Shown piece after piece: positions 30,018 to 43,300 of a stretch of 64,000 nucleotides of DNA (its first letter is position 1; every line of letters starts with the position of its first letter). The translations under genes were made by a program, and so were the position numbers. Source of the stretch: Candidatus Oxydemutator sp. Its GTDB lineage: Bacteria; Pseudomonadota; Gammaproteobacteria; Poriferisulfidales; Oxydemutatoraceae. The stretch spans positions 2,016,001 to 2,080,000 of the forward strand of contig OZ241883.1 of NCBI GenBank assembly GCA_965203445.1, written 5' to 3'. The notes under the pieces are model-generated. The model had not been told where the DNA came from, searched no databases, and saw only the letters and a program-made list of their open reading frames with translations.

Positions 30018-32306
30018 TTATTCCACGGGGGCGCTTTTCTTGCGGGGGGCGGTTTGGGGGGCGCCGTCGCAGGAGTAGCGTATGTCGCCGTTCTCGAGCG
30101 TGAAACGGGCGGTGCCGCCCTTCTTCAATTTGCCGAACAGAATATCGTCCAGCAGCGGTTTCTTCAGCCGCTGCTCTATCAGGCGGCGCATCGGCCTGGC
30201 TCCCATCGTCTTGTCGAAACCGTGTTCGACCAGCCATGCGCGCGCCTTGTCGTCCACCGCAAGTTGCACGCGCTTGCTTTCTAATTGCGCCTGGAACTGG
30301 GTCAGGAACTTGTCCACGACGTTCAGTATCGTGTTTTTGTCGAGCGGCTTGAAATGCACGATCGCGCTCAGGCGGTTGCGAAACTCGGGCGCGAACGCCT
30401 TCTTAATCTGTTCGGCGCAATCCGGCGTCCGCTCCTGATCGGTGAAGCCGATGCCGGCGCGGCTCATCTCCTCGGCGCCGGCGTTGGTCGTCATCATCAG
30501 CACCGTGTGGCGGAAGTCCACCTTGCGCCCGTTGGCGTCGGTCAGCAGGCCGTGATCCATGACCTGCAACAGCAGGTTGAACACGTCCGGGTGCGCCTTT
30601 TCCATCTCGTCCAGCAACACCACCGCCTGCGGAAACTTCAGCACCGCGTCGGTCAGCAGGCCACCCTGATCGAAGCCGACGTAGCCCGGCGGCGCGCCGA
30701 TCAGGCGCGACACCGTATGCCGCTCCATGTATTCGGACATGTCGAAGCGCACCAGTTCCATGCCGGTGCTCGCGGCCAGCTGGCGCGCGGTCTCGGTCTT
30801 GCCGACGCCGGTAGGTCCTGCCAGCAGGAACGAACCGACCGGCTGGTTCGGTTCGCCCAATCCGGAGCGCGCCATTTTGACCGTGGCCACTATCGCCTCC
30901 AGCGCCTGATCCTGGCCAAAGATCACCATCTTCAAGTCGCGCTCCAGGGTGCGCAGCATCTTTGCGCTGTCGCCGGTGACGTTCCTGGCCGGCACGCGCA
31001 TCATCTTTGCGACCATGTTCTCGACGTGGCTGGTGCGCACTATCGGGCGCGCACTTTGCGACGACGCGCAGATGCGCAGATGGGCGCCGGTCTCGTCCAC
31101 CAGGTCGAGCGCCTTGTCCGGCAGAAAGCGGTCGTGCAGATAGCGCGACGCCAATTCGGCCGCGGTGCGCAGACTCTGCTTCGAGTAGCGCACGTTGTGA
31201 AAGCGCTCGTAGTGCTCCTTCAAGCCAAGCAAAATGCGATAGGTCTCGTCGAGCGACGGCTCCTCGACGTCTATTTTTTGAAAGCGCCTGGCCAGCGCAC
31301 GGTCTTTCTCGAAGATCGCGCGGTATTCGCGGTAGGTCGTGGCGCCGATACATTTGAGTTCTCCGGATTGCAGCTTCGGCTTGACCAGAGTCGAGGCGTC
31401 CATCGCGCTGCCGGACGCGGAACCCGCGCCTATCAGCATGTGAATCTCGTCGATGAACAGGATGACGTTTTTCTCCTTCTGCAGCTGCGCCAGCACCCTC
31501 TTCAGGCGTTTCTCGAAGTCGCCGCGGTACTTGGTGCCGGCCACCAGCGCGCCTAAGTCGAGCAGATAGACGACCGTGTCCTTCATCATCTCGGGCACTT
31601 CGCCGTCCGTGATTTTCTTCGCCAGCCCCTCCGCCAGCGCGGTCTTGCCGACGCCCGGCTCGCCGACGTACAGCGGATTGTTCTTGTTGCGCCTGCACAA
31701 CACCTGTATGGTTCTGTCTATCTCGGCGTCGCGCCCGACCAGCGGGTCTATGCGCCCGGCGCGCGCCTTCTCGTTCAGGTTCTCGGCGAATTGCTCGAGC
31801 GGTCGCGGCGGTGCCTGGCGCTCGCGCCCGCTCTCGCCGCCGACGGCGCCATCCGCGTCCTCTTTTGCGGTTTCTCTGGCGATGCCGTGCGCGATGTAGT
31901 TGACGACGTCCAGGCGCTCGACGTTGTGGCAGCCGAGCAGATAGACCGCCTGCGATTCCGGTTCGCTGAAGACCGAGACCAGCACGTTATCGCCCTTGAC
32001 CATGTTCGTCGGCGACACCGACTGCACGTGAAACACGGCGCGTTGCAGCACGCGCTGAAACGCGCGCGTCTGTTGGATATCGCCGTCGTCGGACGGCTCG
32101 AACCTGGGCGTAGACTTGTTGATATAGTTGGTGAGATCAGAGGCGAGTTCACGCAGGTTGACGCCGCACGCGCCCAACACCTCGGCGGCGTCGCGATTGT
32201 CTATCAGGCCGAGCAGCAGGTGCTCGACGGTGACGTATTCGTGGTGGTTTCTCGAGGCAAGCTCGAACACCGAATTCAGCGTACGTTCAAGATTTTTGTC
32301 GAACAT
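30018..32306 (-). CDS. clpA: ATP-dependent Clp protease ATP-binding subunit ClpA
   Basis: HEYVTVEHLLL, AFQRVLQRA, GEPGVGKT, FIDEIH, GPTGVGKTE, RFDMSEYME, LLDEMEKAH, MGARP. Confidence 0.97.
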   Translation of the reverse strand: MFDKNLERTLNSVFELASRNHHEYVTVEHLLLGLIDNRDAAEVLGACGVNLRELASDLTNYINKSTPRFEPSDDGDIQQTRAFQRVLQRAVFHVQSVSPTNMVKGDNVLVSVFSEPESQAVYLLGCHNVERLDVVNYIAHGIARETAKEDADGAVGGESGRERQAPPRPLEQFAENLNEKARAGRIDPLVGRDAEIDRTIQVLCRRNKNNPLYVGEPGVGKTALAEGLAKKITDGEVPEMMKDTVVYLLDLGALVAGTKYRGDFEKRLKRVLAQLQKEKNVILFIDEIHMLIGAGSASGSAMDASTLVKPKLQSGELKCIGATTYREYRAIFEKDRALARRFQKIDVEEPSLDETYRILLGLKEHYERFHNVRYSKQSLRTAAELASRYLHDRFLPDKALDLVDETGAHLRICASSQSARPIVRTSHVENMVAKMMRVPARNVTGDSAKMLRTLERDLKMVIFGQDQALEAIVATVKMARSGLGEPNQPVGSFLLAGPTGVGKTETARQLAASTGMELVRFDMSEYMERHTVSRLIGAPPGYVGFDQGGLLTDAVLKFPQAVVLLDEMEKAHPDVFNLLLQVMDHGLLTDANGRKVDFRHTVLMMTTNAGAEEMSRAGIGFTDQERTPDCAEQIKKAFAPEFRNRLSAIVHFKPLDKNTILNVVDKFLTQFQAQLESKRVQLAVDDKARAWLVEHGFDKTMGARPMRRLIEQRLKKPLLDDILFGKLKKGGTARFTLENGDIRYSCDGAPQTAPRKKSAPVE

Positions 32307-32309
32307 GGT

Positions 32310-32669
32310 TCAGTCCCGTTCCATCTTGCACAACAATGGATGCTTGTTCGAGCGCGAATAGTCGTTGACCGCGCTCACTTTGGTCTCGGCGATCTCGCGC
32401 GTGAACACGCCGCACACGCCCCGGCCCTGCGTATGTATCGCCAGCATCAACTGTACCGCCTTGTCGAGACTCATGCGGAAGAAACGTTGCAGGATGTGGA
32501 CGACGAACTCCATCGGCGTGTAATCGTCGTTGATCAACAACACTTTGTACATCGGCGGACGCTTCGGCTTGGTCGCGGCCGGGGCGAGGGCGATACCGCC
32601 GGCCTCGTCCACGTCATCCGGTTCGCGGACGTCCTCGCCCGCGCCCTGCAAGACGAATTTCCGTTTCAT
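32310..32669 (-). CDS. clpS: Clp protease adaptor ClpS
   Basis: [41 protein letters not shown]; start approximate. Confidence 0.96.
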   Translation of the reverse strand: MKRKFVLQGAGEDVREPDDVDEAGGIALAPAATKPKRPPMYKVLLINDDYTPMEFVVHILQRFFRMSLDKAVQLMLAIHTQGRGVCGVFTREIAETKVSAVNDYSRSNKHPLLCKMERD

Positions 32670-32743
32670 AGTCAATGGCGCGCCGCTCGCGCGCGGTTCA
32701 TATGGATTATTATAGGGATTATGCGGCAGCAGCGCAAAAAAAC

Positions 32744-33217
32744 ATGGCTTGGCCGTTGCACGTGACGGTGGCCGCCGTCGCCGGCAAGGGCGATTCCTTC
32801 CTGCTCGTCGAGGAGCAGGTCGGCGGCAAGCCGCTCTACAACCAGCCCGCCGGTCATCTCGAGGAAGACGAGAGCCTCGTCGAGGCCGTGGTGCGCGAAA
32901 CCTTCGAGGAAACCGCGCACCATTTCACGCCGCGGCACGTGGTCGGCGTCTATCAATGGCGGCAACCCGGCGCGCGCGACACCTATATCCGCGTCGCGTT
33001 TATGGGCGACGCGCAAATCGCGGACGATCCGCCGGCGCTCGACGACGGCGTGTTGGGCGCACACTGGATCGACGTCGGGCGAATCCGTGCCCTGCCCGAG
33101 GCGCGTTTCCGCAGTCCCATGGTAAGACGCTGCATCGAGGATTGCGTCGCCGGCCGGCGCTTGCCGTTGGCGGCCGTCGCCTGTTTGAACGAGCACGGAA
33201 AGTCGCGGCGGCGGTGA
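32744..33217 (+). CDS. nudJ: NUDIX hydrolase (NudJ-like)
   Basis: [37 protein letters not shown] Nudix box, RSPMV; directly upstream of mnmA. Confidence 0.88.
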   Translation: MAWPLHVTVAAVAGKGDSFLLVEEQVGGKPLYNQPAGHLEEDESLVEAVVRETFEETAHHFTPRHVVGVYQWRQPGARDTYIRVAFMGDAQIADDPPALDDGVLGAHWIDVGRIRALPEARFRSPMVRRCIEDCVAGRRLPLAAVACLNEHGKSRRR

Positions 33218-34293
33218 GCACGACGGCCAAGACTATCGTCGGTCTGTCCGGCGGCGTGGATTCGGCCGTCTGCGCGCTGCTGCTGAAGCGCCAGGGCCGC
33301 GACGTGGAGGCGCTGTTCATGAAGAACTGGGACGAGGACGACAACGAGTACTGTCACGCGGCCGAGGACCTGGACTCGGCCCGCGGCGTCGCCGACGCGC
33401 TCGACCTGGTGCTGCACACGGTCAACTTTGCCGCCGAATACTGGGAGCAGGTATTTTGCCGCTTCCTGGACGAGCACCGACGCGGGCGCACGCCGAACCC
33501 GGACGTGCTGTGCAACCGCGAAATCAAGTTCAAGACTTTCGCCGAACACGCGCGCAAGCTTGGGGGCGCGATGATTGCGACCGGCCATTACGCGGGCATA
33601 GGGCGGCAAAACGGCCGCCGCCGGCTGCTCAAGGGCGCGGACGCCGACAAAGACCAATCTTATTTTCTGCATACGTTGGATCAGGACAGCCTCGCCTGCT
33701 CGTTGTTCCCGCTGGCCGAGCTGCACAAACGCGAAGTGCGAAACACGGCCAGGCGACACGGCCTGCGATGCCACGACCGCAAGGACAGTACCGGCATCTG
33801 CTTCATAGGCGAAAGGAGGTTCCGGGAATTCCTGTCGAGGTACCTGCCGCCCGAAAGCGGCGCGATAGTGGATGAGAACGGACGCGAGATAGGACGCCAC
33901 CGGGGCTGCTGGTATTACACGATCGGGCAGCGCAAGGGACTAGGTATCGGCGGCGCCAAAGGCGGCGACGGCCGTGCCTGGTACGTCGCCTCGAAAGACG
34001 TCTGCAACAACGTGCTGACCGTGGTGCAAGGCGAGCGACACCCGCTGCTGTTCCAAAAAACTCTGCGCGCGGGCACGCCGCACTGGATCGATCCCGTTCG
34101 CCCGGCGGTGCCGGGCGAACGGCTTGCGTGCAAAATACGCTACCGCCAAGCCGATCAATCGTGTATCATTACCGAAATAGATGAGAACGCGCTCGAGGTA
34201 AGCTTCGAGCAGCCGCAAAGGGCCGTGACGCCGGGGCAATCCATCGTGTTTTATCGCGGGCGGGAATGTTTGGGCGGGGCGGTTATCGAATGA
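33214..34293 (+). CDS. mnmA: tRNA 2-thiouridylase
   Basis: GLSGGVDS, FMKNW, RTPNPDVLCNREIKF, ATGHY, KDQSYFL, KDSTGICFIG, TIGQRKG, AVTPGQ. Confidence 0.96.
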   Translation: MSTTAKTIVGLSGGVDSAVCALLLKRQGRDVEALFMKNWDEDDNEYCHAAEDLDSARGVADALDLVLHTVNFAAEYWEQVFCRFLDEHRRGRTPNPDVLCNREIKFKTFAEHARKLGGAMIATGHYAGIGRQNGRRRLLKGADADKDQSYFLHTLDQDSLACSLFPLAELHKREVRNTARRHGLRCHDRKDSTGICFIGERRFREFLSRYLPPESGAIVDENGREIGRHRGCWYYTIGQRKGLGIGGAKGGDGRAWYVASKDVCNNVLTVVQGERHPLLFQKTLRAGTPHWIDPVRPAVPGERLACKIRYRQADQSCIITEIDENALEVSFEQPQRAVTPGQSIVFYRGRECLGGAVIE

Positions 34294-34389
34294 CGGCGGA
34301 TACCCGCCTTGCCTGCAAGCGATCCTTTGTTTCCTCTATATCTTGCCAAAACAAGTTCTTGAATAGAATATCTGACACAAACCATCACC

Positions 34390-37083
<2,694 letters not shown>

Positions 37084-37143
37084 ACGGGGGCTTAGGGCGG
37101 GCGCCGTGAGACGCCGCTCGTCGGGAGCGCTTACTCAGGCCGC

Positions 37144-38526
37144 TCACTCAGGCTGCTCAGGCCGCGTCAGGGCCGCCGGATTGAGCAGGCGCGCCGCCTC
37201 GGCTTCGGACAGGTCGGTCTCCTCGAGCACGACCTCAAGGATGGGACGCTTCTCGCGGTACGCCTTCTTGGCGATGGCGGCACCCTTCTCATAGCCGATC
37301 AGGCGATTCAGCGCGGTCACCAGGATCGGGTTCTTCGCGAGCGCCGCCCGGCGGCGCTCGTCGTTGACGATGAAGCCGTCCACGGCCTTGTCGGCCAGCA
37401 CCCTGGCGGCGGCGCCCAACAATTCTATGCTCTGCAACAGGTTGTAGGCGATGATCGGCAGCATTACGTTCAGCTGGAAGTTGCCGGACTGCCCGGCCAG
37501 CGTTATGGTCGCGTCGTTGCCGACGACCTGCGCGCAAACCATCGCCACCGCTTCCGGGATCACCGGGTTGACCTTGCCCGGCATGATGCTGCTGCCGGGC
37601 TGCAACGCCGGTAGAGCGATCTCCCCCAGCCCCGCCAGCGGCCCCGAGTTCATCCAGCGCAGATCATTCGATATTTTCATCAGACTCACCGCGATCGTTC
37701 TTAGTTGGCCGCTCATTTCGACCGCGGCGTCCTGGGCGCTCAAGGCCTCGAAACGGTTCGGCTTGATACAAAAGGAAACGCCGGTCTCCCGTGTCAACAG
37801 CTCGCAGAACAATTTCGGGAAATCGCGGTGGCAGTTGACGCCGGTGCCGACCGCGGTGCCGCCCTGCGCCAGTTCCTTGAGGCGCGGCATCGAGGCGTCT
37901 ATGCGCTGTATGCCGTAGTTGACCTGCTGCGCCCAGCCGCTCAATTCCTGGTCGAGGCCGACCGGCATCGCGTCCATCAGGTGGGTGCGCCCGGTCGTGA
38001 CCTTGCCGGCAACGTCTTCCATCCTGGCCTCGATGCGCGCGGCCAAGTGCAGCAGCGCCGGCAGCAGCGCGCTTTCGATCAGCAGGCAGGCGCCGACGTG
38101 TATCGCCGTCGGCACGACGTCGTTCGAGCTTTGCCCGAGGTTCACGTGGTCGTTCGGGTGCACCGCAAGGCCCGTGTTCTGGGTCGCGACGTGGGCGATG
38201 ACCTCGTTGGCGTTCATGTTGAAACTGGTGCCGGATCCGGTCTGGAACACGTCCACCGGGAAGTGGTCGTTGCAGGCGCCGTCGGCGACGCCGCGCGCGG
38301 CCTGCTCGATGGCCTCGGCAACCTCGGGATCGAGCAGTTGCAAGCGCCGGTTGGCGCGCGCGCAGCACAGCTTGATCAGGCCGAGGGCGCGAATAAACGC
38401 ATCCTGCATACGCAGGCCGCTGATGGGAAAATTGTCAATCGCGCGCTGCGTCTGCGCGCCGTAAAACTTGTCCGCCGGCACGCGCAGCTCGCCCATGCTG
38501 TCCTTGACGATGCGATATGAAGTCAC
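37144..38526 (-). CDS. fumC: Class II fumarate hydratase
   Basis: GAQTQRA, QTGSGTS, HPNDHVN, QSSND, GRTHLMDA, GSSIMPGKVNP; GTG start 38526. Confidence 0.95.
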   Translation of the reverse strand: MTSYRIVKDSMGELRVPADKFYGAQTQRAIDNFPISGLRMQDAFIRALGLIKLCCARANRRLQLLDPEVAEAIEQAARGVADGACNDHFPVDVFQTGSGTSFNMNANEVIAHVATQNTGLAVHPNDHVNLGQSSNDVVPTAIHVGACLLIESALLPALLHLAARIEARMEDVAGKVTTGRTHLMDAMPVGLDQELSGWAQQVNYGIQRIDASMPRLKELAQGGTAVGTGVNCHRDFPKLFCELLTRETGVSFCIKPNRFEALSAQDAAVEMSGQLRTIAVSLMKISNDLRWMNSGPLAGLGEIALPALQPGSSIMPGKVNPVIPEAVAMVCAQVVGNDATITLAGQSGNFQLNVMLPIIAYNLLQSIELLGAAARVLADKAVDGFIVNDERRRAALAKNPILVTALNRLIGYEKGAAIAKKAYREKRPILEVVLEETDLSEAEAARLLNPAALTRPEQPE

Positions 38527-38744
38527 GTCGTTTCCTTTGTCGGATAAGTGAATTCCTGATGAGATTCCCGATGCCGCGCGCCTCACGCCGCCGGCCGGTG
38601 TCCCCGCGTTCCCGTAGTCGTCAACATTATCACAGGAAAGCCGTTGCGGTCAGCTATTCTCGCCACGTCCTCTTCCGGATGGATGGCTCTGGATGGTTGC
38701 AGTATAATCATCCGCTTGCAGGCGCCCACGTGTGCCCGATTCGG

Positions 38745-40115
38745 ATGACTTTATCGCCACTCACCGCCGTGTCCCCGATAGACGGGCGCTACCACTCCAA
38801 AACCGCCTGTCTCGCCGACATCTTCAGCGAATATGCGTTGATCCGCCACCGCGTGCTGGTCGAGATCGAGTGGCTGAAACTGCTGGCGCGCACCGACGGC
38901 GTCGGCGATCTGGCGCCGTTGTCCGAGGCTGCGCGGGGCCGCCTCGACGCACTGGCGGCAGACTTCGACGAAAACGACTGCGCGCGCGTCAAGGAGCTGG
39001 AAAAATCCACGAACCATGACGTCAAGGCGGTCGAGTATTTCATAAGAGAGAAACTTAAGAAAGACCCGGAGCTATCTGAAACGGAACACTTGGTCCATTT
39101 TGCCTGTACCTCGGAGGACGTCAACTCGGTCGCCTACGGCCTGATGCTCGCCAAGGCGCGTGCCGACGTTCTGCTGCCGCGTCTTAACGCGGTGCGGGAG
39201 GCGCTGCGGGAGCAGGCGCTGCGCTACGCGGCGCTGCCGATGTTGGCGAGGACCCACGGGCAACCGGCGTCGCCTACGACCCTGGGCAAGGAGATCGCGG
39301 TCTTCTGCGAGCGCCTGCGGCGCCCCGTCGAACGCATACGCAACGCGCCGATTGCGGCCAAGATGAGCGGCGCGGTCGGCAACTACGGCGCCCACTACGT
39401 CGCATATCCCGACGTGAATTGGGACGCCGTCACCGCCGCATGGATTTCGTCGCTGGGACTGTACCCCGCGCGCTGCACCACGCAGATCGAACCGCATGAC
39501 TGCCTTGCGGAACTGCTAGACGCCGTCGCCCACAGCGCGCGCATTTTGATAGATTTGTGCCGCGACGTATGGGGTTACGTCGCGTTAGGAGTCTTTGTGC
39601 AACAGGCGGTCGCAGGCGAGGTCGGTTCCTCGACGATGCCGCACAAGGTCAATCCGATAGACTTCGAGAACGCCGAGGGCAACTTCGGTGTCGCCTGCGC
39701 ACTGGCGCGCCACCTTTCGGAAAAACTGCCGATCTCGCGCTGGCAGCGCGATTTGTCGGACTCGACCGTGATGCGCTCGCTCGGCAGCCTGTTCGGGCAT
39801 TACCTGATCGCCGCGGACAGCCTGTGCCGGGGATTGGAAAAACTCGACGCCGACGCGCGGCACCTTGCGACCGAGCTTGCAGCGCACCCGGAAGTGTTGG
39901 GCGAGGCGGTGCAGACCATTTTGCGCAAACACCAGGTCGAGGACGCCTACGAGAAGGTCAAGGCGCTGTCGCGCGGAAAGAAAATCACAAGGCGCGATCT
40001 GGCCGCGGGCATCCGCGAGCTGAAGCTGCCCGACGAGGTCGAGAAAGAATTGCTGGCGCTTGCGCCCGAGGACTGCCTCGGCATTGCCGAGAAACTCGCG
40101 CGCACCGTCGAGTGA
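38745..40115 (+). CDS. purB: Adenylosuccinate lyase
   Basis: LTAVSPIDGRY, TNHDVKAVEY, HFACTSED, ARTHGQPA, GSSTMPHKVNPIDFENAEGN, SRWQRDLSDSTV. Confidence 0.96.
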   Translation: MTLSPLTAVSPIDGRYHSKTACLADIFSEYALIRHRVLVEIEWLKLLARTDGVGDLAPLSEAARGRLDALAADFDENDCARVKELEKSTNHDVKAVEYFIREKLKKDPELSETEHLVHFACTSEDVNSVAYGLMLAKARADVLLPRLNAVREALREQALRYAALPMLARTHGQPASPTTLGKEIAVFCERLRRPVERIRNAPIAAKMSGAVGNYGAHYVAYPDVNWDAVTAAWISSLGLYPARCTTQIEPHDCLAELLDAVAHSARILIDLCRDVWGYVALGVFVQQAVAGEVGSSTMPHKVNPIDFENAEGNFGVACALARHLSEKLPISRWQRDLSDSTVMRSLGSLFGHYLIAADSLCRGLEKLDADARHLATELAAHPEVLGEAVQTILRKHQVEDAYEKVKALSRGKKITRRDLAAGIRELKLPDEVEKELLALAPEDCLGIAEKLARTVE

Positions 40116-40346
40116 TTCCCGAATGTCAAATCAAAGCAGAAATGTCCTATTGTTTCCAACGCACAGAGGTCCTATTGTCGGCAGGGCTTAGCGCTTTCGG
40201 GATCCCCCGCCAGCGTCTCCACGGATGATCCGGCGCCGGCTTATGGCCTGAACCGCGACGCCGGCGCGCAACCCTCGGCACTGCTCATCTCCTGCGGCCG
40301 CCGCGAAAAAGGCACCGGGGCAACCTCGGCAATGCCGACCCGTTGC

Positions 40347-43300
40347 CTACGGCGCCGAAAACGTCCTGCACCGACCCTGGTTCCCCGGCGCGAGCATGAA
40401 ACACCGATCGGCGGATAACACCTCGCCGTCGAAGTCCAGATCCGCGTCCACCGCGTAATTGCCGGCCGCGTCCGGGTCGCGGTACGCGCCCGCGCCCAAC
40501 GACCTCAGGTTGTGCACGCGGATCAATACCTCGTCTCGCTCGTCTATCACGCCGTTGCGATCCACGTCGCCCGCGAACATCGCATACGTGCCTTGCCCGA
40601 CTTCGGCCTGCCCGTCCCCGTGCGACTGCGCGAACCGGAAGTCCACGCAGTAGCCGGCGGTGCAGCCCTCGCTGCCGGGCGCCAATGCATTCGCGGATAT
40701 TACCGACAGGTGGTTGCGGTGGTGAACCAACACGTACACTTCCTGACCTTCGGGCAGCTCCGTCTCAAAACGCACGCCGTTCAAGAACAGCGTATCCGCC
40801 GCCGTCGCCGCCTCCTCGTTGATCCCTGCGATACGACCGTCGCGCAACAGCAAACCCGCCGCGCGACCGCCCGTCGTCGGCGCCGATGCCAACGCCGCGT
40901 CCGCGGTCGCGCCGGTGCGCAGCTCCACCAACACCCAGTCCACTATCGTCGAAGTTACGCCGCTCAATCCGAGCTCCTCCCCGACGTGCGGCACCGTCGT
41001 CGCCGCCGGGTAGTTCCACGGAGCCACGTTATAGGGTTGTCGCCTCGGCAAAACGTCTATCAATCCGGTGCTCATGCCACGCGAACCCCCATACGCACCC
41101 TGCAAATACACGCGCGCGTCCACCACCACCAACCTGTCGTCGTTGGCTATCGTTACGACCGTCGAAAACCGGGTCGTGGCAACCGCAACGCTATCGCCCC
41201 GAGTACGCAACAGCTGCAACACCAGCTCCTCCTCCGGTTCTATGACGTAGTCGTCCAACAGGCGCAACCGTATCACCGCCCTCGTCGTGCCCACGGCCAT
41301 CACCACCATGCCGCCATCCTCGTCTCTATAATCGGCACCCGCCGTCGCCGTGCCGCTTACCTGATAATGGATGGTTACGTCCTCGCCGATAACCGCAGTA
41401 GCAGGCGACAAAGCCACCTCGAACCGAAGCTCCACGTCGCTCTCCGTCGTGCGTATATGGGCCGGCGTCGCCAGCATCACCACCGGCACCGACGGCTGCC
41501 TCTGGCGCTGCACGCGGATACTCGTGGTGTTGCCGCCGGGATAACGTATGCTTACACCGCGCAACGCCGGATAATCGAAACGACTCCCGAAATCCCACGG
41601 CGCGTCGTCATTCAACGTCACGACACCCATGGCCGTGCTCGCCACGCCGTCCACGTCCAACTGGTCCCAACCGGCGTAGATGCCCATGGCCGCCGTCGGC
41701 GCGCGCAACTCGATGGACGTCCTGGACGACCGATCCGGCGACGGCTCGTTCTCGCCACAACACGAACTCTGCCCGCTGCGCGCGTGGTCAAAGTAGCTCG
41801 CCTGAACGTCGTATTCGGCCGCGTCGGCTTCATCACGCCCCCCCACCAGGCCGCCCCGGTAGATGCTTGCGCCGTGCGCTCCCCCCGTCACCCTGCCTAT
41901 CGAGTAACTGGCGCTCACCACCGAACCTGCGGCGGCCCGGCCTATCAGACCACCCGAGCGGAGCCCATCCGCGTGCACTCCCACGGCCGCGTAACTCGCC
42001 AATACCGCGCCATAATTGGCACCCGCCAGACCGCCCGTCGCGGAAACACCCTTTACCCTGCCGCCTGTCACGTAACTCGCCGCCACCTTGCCTTCGTTAC
42101 GACCCACCAACGCCCCCGTGTGCATACTGCCGCCACCCACCTCCACGTTCACGTCCCGCAAGCCCACGTTGCGGATCGTGCCGGCGCCGCTTACGGCGCC
42201 GAACAAGCCCGCGTTATCCAACCGTAGCGACGACTGGATACGCAAGTTGCTTACGACGTGGCCGTTGCCTTCAAAAACGGCGGTGTAATACTTTGTCGGA
42301 TTCCCGCCCCCTATCGGCGTCCAGTTCCGCACGCTCGACAAGTCCACGTCGTTCGACAACTCGTAGCCTTTGCAACCGCCCGCGCAAGTCTCGGCCTCGT
42401 CAAAAAACGGAAAGGCCTCGTCGTAGGCAACCACGTCTCCATCAGCCACGCCGCGCAAACCCGCGCCGCCCAAGTCATGGCGGATCGCCGCCAACTGCGA
42501 CGTCGTCGCAACGTTTATCAGATTGTTGCCGTCGGGATCGTAATCCTTCCCGTGCGGGGCGATGACGCTGACGACCGCGGAACTGGCGACGTTCAAGCGC
42601 CGGCGCAACGCGCTCGACGTCACAAATCCGCTCACTCTCACTCGGAACGTCTCTCTCAAATCCGGCGTCCCGTCATCCGCTATACTCACCTGGAAAACCG
42701 CGCTCCTGGTATTGGTCAGGAACAGAAATCCATCCCTGTCCCCGTCAAAATCCGACGCCTCGGCGTGGCCGTCGCCGGCACCGGTGTACTCCACGGACCA
42801 ATTCATCACCAACTGGATGACGCTGGGAACGTCCAACTCTACGATGTACTCCACGTCCTGCCCCTCCGTTACCAGGTCGGCGCCCCGCTGCGACAACGTC
42901 AGCGACACCGGCGGCTGCAAGCGCCGTTGCACGCCGGCACTCGTGGTGTTGCCGGTGGGATAACGCGCGCTCACGCCGCGCAATACCGGATAATCCAAAC
43001 CACTCCCGAAATCCCACGGCGCGTCGTCATTCAACGTCACGGCACCCATGGCCGTGCTCGCCACGCCGTCCACGTCCAGCTGATCCCAACCGGCGTAGAT
43101 GCCCGCGGCCGCCGTCGGCGCGCGCAACTCGATGGACGTCCTGGACGACCGATCCGGCGACGGCTCGTTCTCTCCACAACACGAACTCTGCCCGCTGCGC
43201 GCGCGGTCAAAGTAGCTCGCCTGAACGTCGTATTCGGCGGCGTCGGCTTCATCACGCCCCCCCACCAGGCCGCCCCGGTAGGTGCTTCCTCCACGTGCTC

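Noticed and set aside
38628-38650. Possible PurR box upstream of purB
   Set aside because: AGGAAAGCCGTTGCG is a poor match to the ACGCAAACGTTTGCGT consensus
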